Source: an uncultured bacterium (GTDB taxonomy: Bacteria; Armatimonadota; Abditibacteriia; Abditibacteriales; Abditibacteriaceae). From it: a stretch of DNA of 64,000 nucleotides. Shown one piece after another: positions 60,208 to 64,000 of this stretch. Each line of letters starts with the position of its first letter. Position 1 is the stretch's first letter. The position numbers and the translations under genes are program-made. The DNA is taken from positions 434,001 through 498,000 of the forward strand of contig CAWJLW010000006.1 of assembly GCA_963843795.1 (NCBI GenBank), in the 5' to 3' direction. The notes beneath the pieces were generated by a model, which worked only from the letters and a program-made list of their open reading frames with translations, searched no databases and was not told the DNA's origin.

Positions 60208-62316
60208 TTACAACAGTTGCGCCAATTCCTCAGCCGAAGTTACCGGCGCTTGGCACGCGAAATTCTGGCATACATACGCCGTCGCGCGCCCGTCGCGCGG
60301 CGTCATTTCGCGCACGAAAGGCATCAAATTTCCCAACATATCACGATTGTCTTCATGCAATTTAATGATCGACGCGAACGGTAAAAATTTTTGGTAAATA
60401 GTGCGCTGCAATTCTCGAAAATCTTCACTGTCGCGTTCGCCAACTAAAACGATGTGTTGGGGCGCGTTATGAAATTGCAGCGCGGCGCACAGCAGCGCAG
60501 GCATCGCGGAGGGAATCGAATGCAAGCGTTCGCCAAATAATGGGAGCGACTTTTCGGCGCGTTGGCGTGCAAGGTCATCGTCTAAAAGTTGCGCCAAACG
60601 CACATCGTTTTGCGCGGAAATGGCATGCGATGACGGCTCGGCGCCGTCGTAAGATTCTTTGTCGCGTACTAAAACGTGCGGGTCGTTGGGCGCGCTGAAA
60701 TAACCGCCATTTTGCTCGTCCCAGAACAGGCGCGCTTGCGTTTGTGCAAGTACTTGCGCCCATTCCAGCCAGCGCGTTTGTCCGCTCGCTTCCCACAAAT
60801 CCAATAATCCTCGCACCAGAAAAGCGTAATCATCGGCAAAGCCACCAATCGGCGACGCGCCATCTTTATAATGACGCTGCAAAGTTCCCGCTTCAGCATC
60901 GAATAATTCGTTTTGAATAAATTCCGCTGCGCGCGAAGCCGCTTGCAAGTACCTGCTATCATTCAAAATCGCGCCCGCTTGCGCGAAAGCTGAAATCATC
61001 AAACCATTCCAGGCTGTGATGATTTTCTCATCGCGATGCGGGCGCGGACGCTGAGTGCGAATCTCGAAGAGCTTGTCGCGACATTCCGTTAAAATTATGT
61101 GCGCCTGCTGAACTGTCCACGAAAATTGAGGCGCGATTTTTTCCAAACTTTCGCGCTCGAACAAGATATTTTGACCGCGAAATTCGCCGTGAGGGTCACC
61201 TTCGCGCGGCGCATTACCTTTCGCCTGCACCTGATAAAAGGCTTTGAAAAGTGGCGCAGCGTCGCCCAGCATTCTGTCAATTTCAGCTTCTGTCCACACG
61301 TAAAACGCACCCTCAACTTTCTGCGGAGCGCTTTCTTCTGGCAACGAATCGGCGTCTTCGCCTGCGAAAAATCCGCCGCTTTGGTGCGTCAAATCGCGCA
61401 TCACATAATCGAGCGTGGAACGCACCATGTTGTAAAAATACTGGTCGCCGCTGATTTGTCCGATTTCTAGTAAAGAAACGACCAGTTGAGCTTGGTCGTA
61501 AAGCATTTTTTCGAAATGCGAAACGACCCATTGCGCATCGACGCTGTAACGATGAAAACCTCCACCCAGATGATCGCGCATGCCACCACGACACATCGCT
61601 TCCAGCGTGCGTTGCGACATTTCAATGGCGTTTTTCTCGCCAATGGCAGCGTGCGCGCGGTGCAGGAAATCGTGCGTTACCGGACGCGGGAATTTGGGTG
61701 CCTCACCGAAACCGCCCCATTTCGGATCGAACTCTGAAGCGAACTGTTGCAGTGCGCCACTGAAAACTGCTTCCCACTGCACCGCATTTTCTTCGTTTTC
61801 GAGGGATTTACGTGCGGCGTTTTTTAGAAATTGTCCGGCATTTTCGGCGATTTTGTTGATATTATCGCGGTCGTCGTCCCACGATTTCGCGATAGATTGC
61901 AGCAGCGTCGGAAAGCCGGGACGACCATACGCATCGCGCGGCGGAAAATAAGTGCCGCCAAAAAACGGTTCGAGTGCGGGCGTGAGAAAAACCGACATCG
62001 GCCAGCCGCCCTGTCCGTTGTTGGTAGCTTGCACAAAGGTCATGTAAACGCGGTCGATGTCGGGTCGCTCTTCGCGGTCGACTTTAATGCAGATGAAATT
62101 GGCGTTCATCAATTGCGCGATCGAATCGTTTTCAAAAGATTCGCGCTCCATTACATGACACCAGTGACACGTCGAATAACCAATAGACAAAAATATTGGT
62201 TTGTTCTGGCTGCGCGCTAATTCAATGGAAGCATCGTTCCATTCGTGCCATTGCACCGGATTATGCGCGTGTTGTAGCAGATACGGGCTTTTGGCGTGAA
62301 TGAGTTCGTTGTTCAT
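60208..62316 (-). CDS. YyaL/SSP411-like thioredoxin-domain protein (DUF255)
   Basis: [47 protein letters not shown]. Confidence 0.92.
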   Translation of the reverse strand: MNNELIHAKSPYLLQHAHNPVQWHEWNDASIELARSQNKPIFLSIGYSTCHWCHVMERESFENDSIAQLMNANFICIKVDREERPDIDRVYMTFVQATNNGQGGWPMSVFLTPALEPFFGGTYFPPRDAYGRPGFPTLLQSIAKSWDDDRDNINKIAENAGQFLKNAARKSLENEENAVQWEAVFSGALQQFASEFDPKWGGFGEAPKFPRPVTHDFLHRAHAAIGEKNAIEMSQRTLEAMCRGGMRDHLGGGFHRYSVDAQWVVSHFEKMLYDQAQLVVSLLEIGQISGDQYFYNMVRSTLDYVMRDLTHQSGGFFAGEDADSLPEESAPQKVEGAFYVWTEAEIDRMLGDAAPLFKAFYQVQAKGNAPREGDPHGEFRGQNILFERESLEKIAPQFSWTVQQAHIILTECRDKLFEIRTQRPRPHRDEKIITAWNGLMISAFAQAGAILNDSRYLQAASRAAEFIQNELFDAEAGTLQRHYKDGASPIGGFADDYAFLVRGLLDLWEASGQTRWLEWAQVLAQTQARLFWDEQNGGYFSAPNDPHVLVRDKESYDGAEPSSHAISAQNDVRLAQLLDDDLARQRAEKSLPLFGERLHSIPSAMPALLCAALQFHNAPQHIVLVGERDSEDFRELQRTIYQKFLPFASIIKLHEDNRDMLGNLMPFVREMTPRDGRATAYVCQNFACQAPVTSAEELAQLL

Positions 62317-62321
62317 AATAT

Positions 62322-63083
62322 TTACGATGCATTTTTCAAGTTCAGATGCTGAATGAAGAATTGCAATGAATCTTGAATATGCAAATCCCAGTACTCCCAA
62401 GTGTGCGCGCCAGGGTTTTCCTGATACTCGTGCGCGATTTTCTGCTCTTGCAAGTACTTGCAGAAAGCGCGATTGTCTTCGATAAGAAAATCATCGACGC
62501 CGCAATCTATGCGCAGAGCCGGTAGTTGTTCGCGGTCGATTTTTTCGGCTAGCGCGTATAAATCATCTGCGCCGCCGCGCGGCTTCGACCCTAAAATTTG
62601 AGCAAATTCGAGATTCAAATTTTCGTCGTCACGCAAATTATGACCAAAGCCCAAAGCGCCGGAATGCGAAACTGCTGCGCAGAACATCGTGGGATATTTG
62701 AGCGCGAATTTCATCGCCCCATAGCCGCCCATTGAAAGGCCGGCCACGACGCGCCCGCGCCGGTCGGGAACCGTATTGAATGCGTTATCGACAAAATTGA
62801 TCACGTCGCGGGCGATGTAAGTTTCGTATTGGCTTTTGGAAGCGTCTTTGGCGTCGCAATAAAAGCCGCGCCCTCCGTCGGGCATTACAACAATGAGCGG
62901 CAAATCGCGCACGTATTTTTCGATGTGACTGAGACGCATCCATGCGCTATGATTGTCGCTGAGGCCGTGTAAAAGATACAAAACCGGAAACGGGCCAACT
63001 TGGTTTTCGGGCCAGATAACCGATAAATTCATCATCTTTTGCAGTGCGTTCTGATTGTTCATCTGTAAAATTGCGCTCGCCAT
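62322..63083 (-). CDS. Alpha/beta hydrolase esterase (tributyrin/acetyl esterase-like)
   Basis: YLLHGL, GLSMGG nucleophile elbow, DCG.DD, G.H.W.YW. Confidence 0.88.
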   Translation of the reverse strand: MASAILQMNNQNALQKMMNLSVIWPENQVGPFPVLYLLHGLSDNHSAWMRLSHIEKYVRDLPLIVVMPDGGRGFYCDAKDASKSQYETYIARDVINFVDNAFNTVPDRRGRVVAGLSMGGYGAMKFALKYPTMFCAAVSHSGALGFGHNLRDDENLNLEFAQILGSKPRGGADDLYALAEKIDREQLPALRIDCGVDDFLIEDNRAFCKYLQEQKIAHEYQENPGAHTWEYWDLHIQDSLQFFIQHLNLKNAS

Positions 63084-63244
63084 TTGAAATCCTTTTTCCT
63101 TAATTTAGCTTTGAAACCGGCGATTTGAATGCCGATGAAGTAAAAATTTCACCGCAGGTGCCTGCGGGGCGTTTTGTGCCAGCCGATTATACTGACAAGT
63201 GCCCTGCCAGTACTTGCAGGTCGGTTTATTGAATTGAAAACGTT

Positions 63245-64000
63245 ATGGCCAATCCACTCCGCGATTTTTTGTTTGGCACGATGCAGCAACCCAAGCGCGA
63301 GCTTGTCGAAGCCATCGAGCCGCGCCGCACTTTCGATGATGTTATTTTGCCCGATTCCACCCGTTTAGCCCTTAAACACGCACTCAATCAAATTCGCAAG
63401 CGCGACTTGATTTTTGGGCGTTGGGGGTTGGGCGAACGCCACATGACCGGGCAAGGTTTGGCCTTCAACTTCGCCGGGCCGCCGGGGACGGGCAAAACCG
63501 TGTGCGCCGAAGCCATCGCGCAAGCTCTGGGCAAGAAACTTTTGGTCGTGCGGTATTCGGAAATGGAAAGTTTGTGGGCGGGCGAAACCGGAAAAAATGT
63601 CGCCGCCGTCTTTCATTCGGCGCGTGAACAGGACGCGGTTTTATTTTTCGATGAAGCCGACGCCATCGCGGGAAAACGTTTCGCCAATGTGACTCAAGGC
63701 TATCAGCGCGAAGCTAATACGGTTGTCAATGTGTTGTTGAAAGAATTGGAAGATTTCGATGGCGTGGTGATTTTCGCAACCAACTTAGCGGCCAACTTCG
63801 ATCCGGCGTTTGAGCGGCGCGTGCGCACACATATTTTGTTTGAAATGCCCGGCCCGAAAGAGCGCGCGCAGATTTGGCGCGTGCAGTTGCACCAAAGCAA
63901 GACACCTTTAGCGCCAGATGTCGATTTCGAAGCGTTGGGTGAAAAATACGTGACGGCGGGCGGCGATATTAAAAACGCGGTCTTGAAAGCCGCCCAAATT
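63245..64000 (+). CDS. AAA+ ATPase (truncated by window end)
   Basis: Manual translation MANPLRDFLFG...TFDDVILP...WGL...GPPGTGKT (Walker A), FFDEAD (Walker B), ATN...DPAFERR. Confidence 0.85.
   Translation, partial: MANPLRDFLFGTMQQPKRELVEAIEPRRTFDDVILPDSTRLALKHALNQIRKRDLIFGRWGLGERHMTGQGLAFNFAGPPGTGKTVCAEAIAQALGKKLLVVRYSEMESLWAGETGKNVAAVFHSAREQDAVLFFDEADAIAGKRFANVTQGYQREANTVVNVLLKELEDFDGVVIFATNLAANFDPAFERRVRTHILFEMPGPKERAQIWRVQLHQSKTPLAPDVDFEALGEKYVTAGGDIKNAVLKAAQI

Overview
This is a gene-dense chromosomal window from a diderm, moderately GC-rich bacterium. An Armatimonadota/Abditibacteriota-like origin is my inference only, from the porins, the LptC-like gene and the secreted-protein style. 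It holds about 46 CDS: six glycoside hydrolases, putA, ppx, a PhoR-like kinase next to a phosphate-type porin, a thrC-like/MoaD/NIL operon, maf and mreBCD, cysDN and moaAC. There are also three tRNAs (Lys-TTT, Gly-CCC, Leu-TAA). I found no CRISPR array, transposase or phage genes. The dominant unexplained signal is the 12-bp palindrome GCAAGTACTTGC. I counted 45 exact copies by eye (about 1 per 1.4 kb; roughly 0.004 expected by chance under uniform base composition), plus about a dozen near-copies. About 35 are intergenic, often as the apex of spacer-less hairpins up to 56 bp whose arms differ at every locus. About 10 lie inside genes, in all three reading frames (CKYLQ, QVLA, ASTC). Copies also mark the breakpoint of a TIR-domain gene remnant and both ends of a hydrolase gene lying between maf and mreB. 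This looks like a HIP1/DUS/REP-like iterated-palindrome system whose sequence I do not recognise. Five frameshifts (putA x4, ABC-F x1) are all net +1 and are probably assembly errors.
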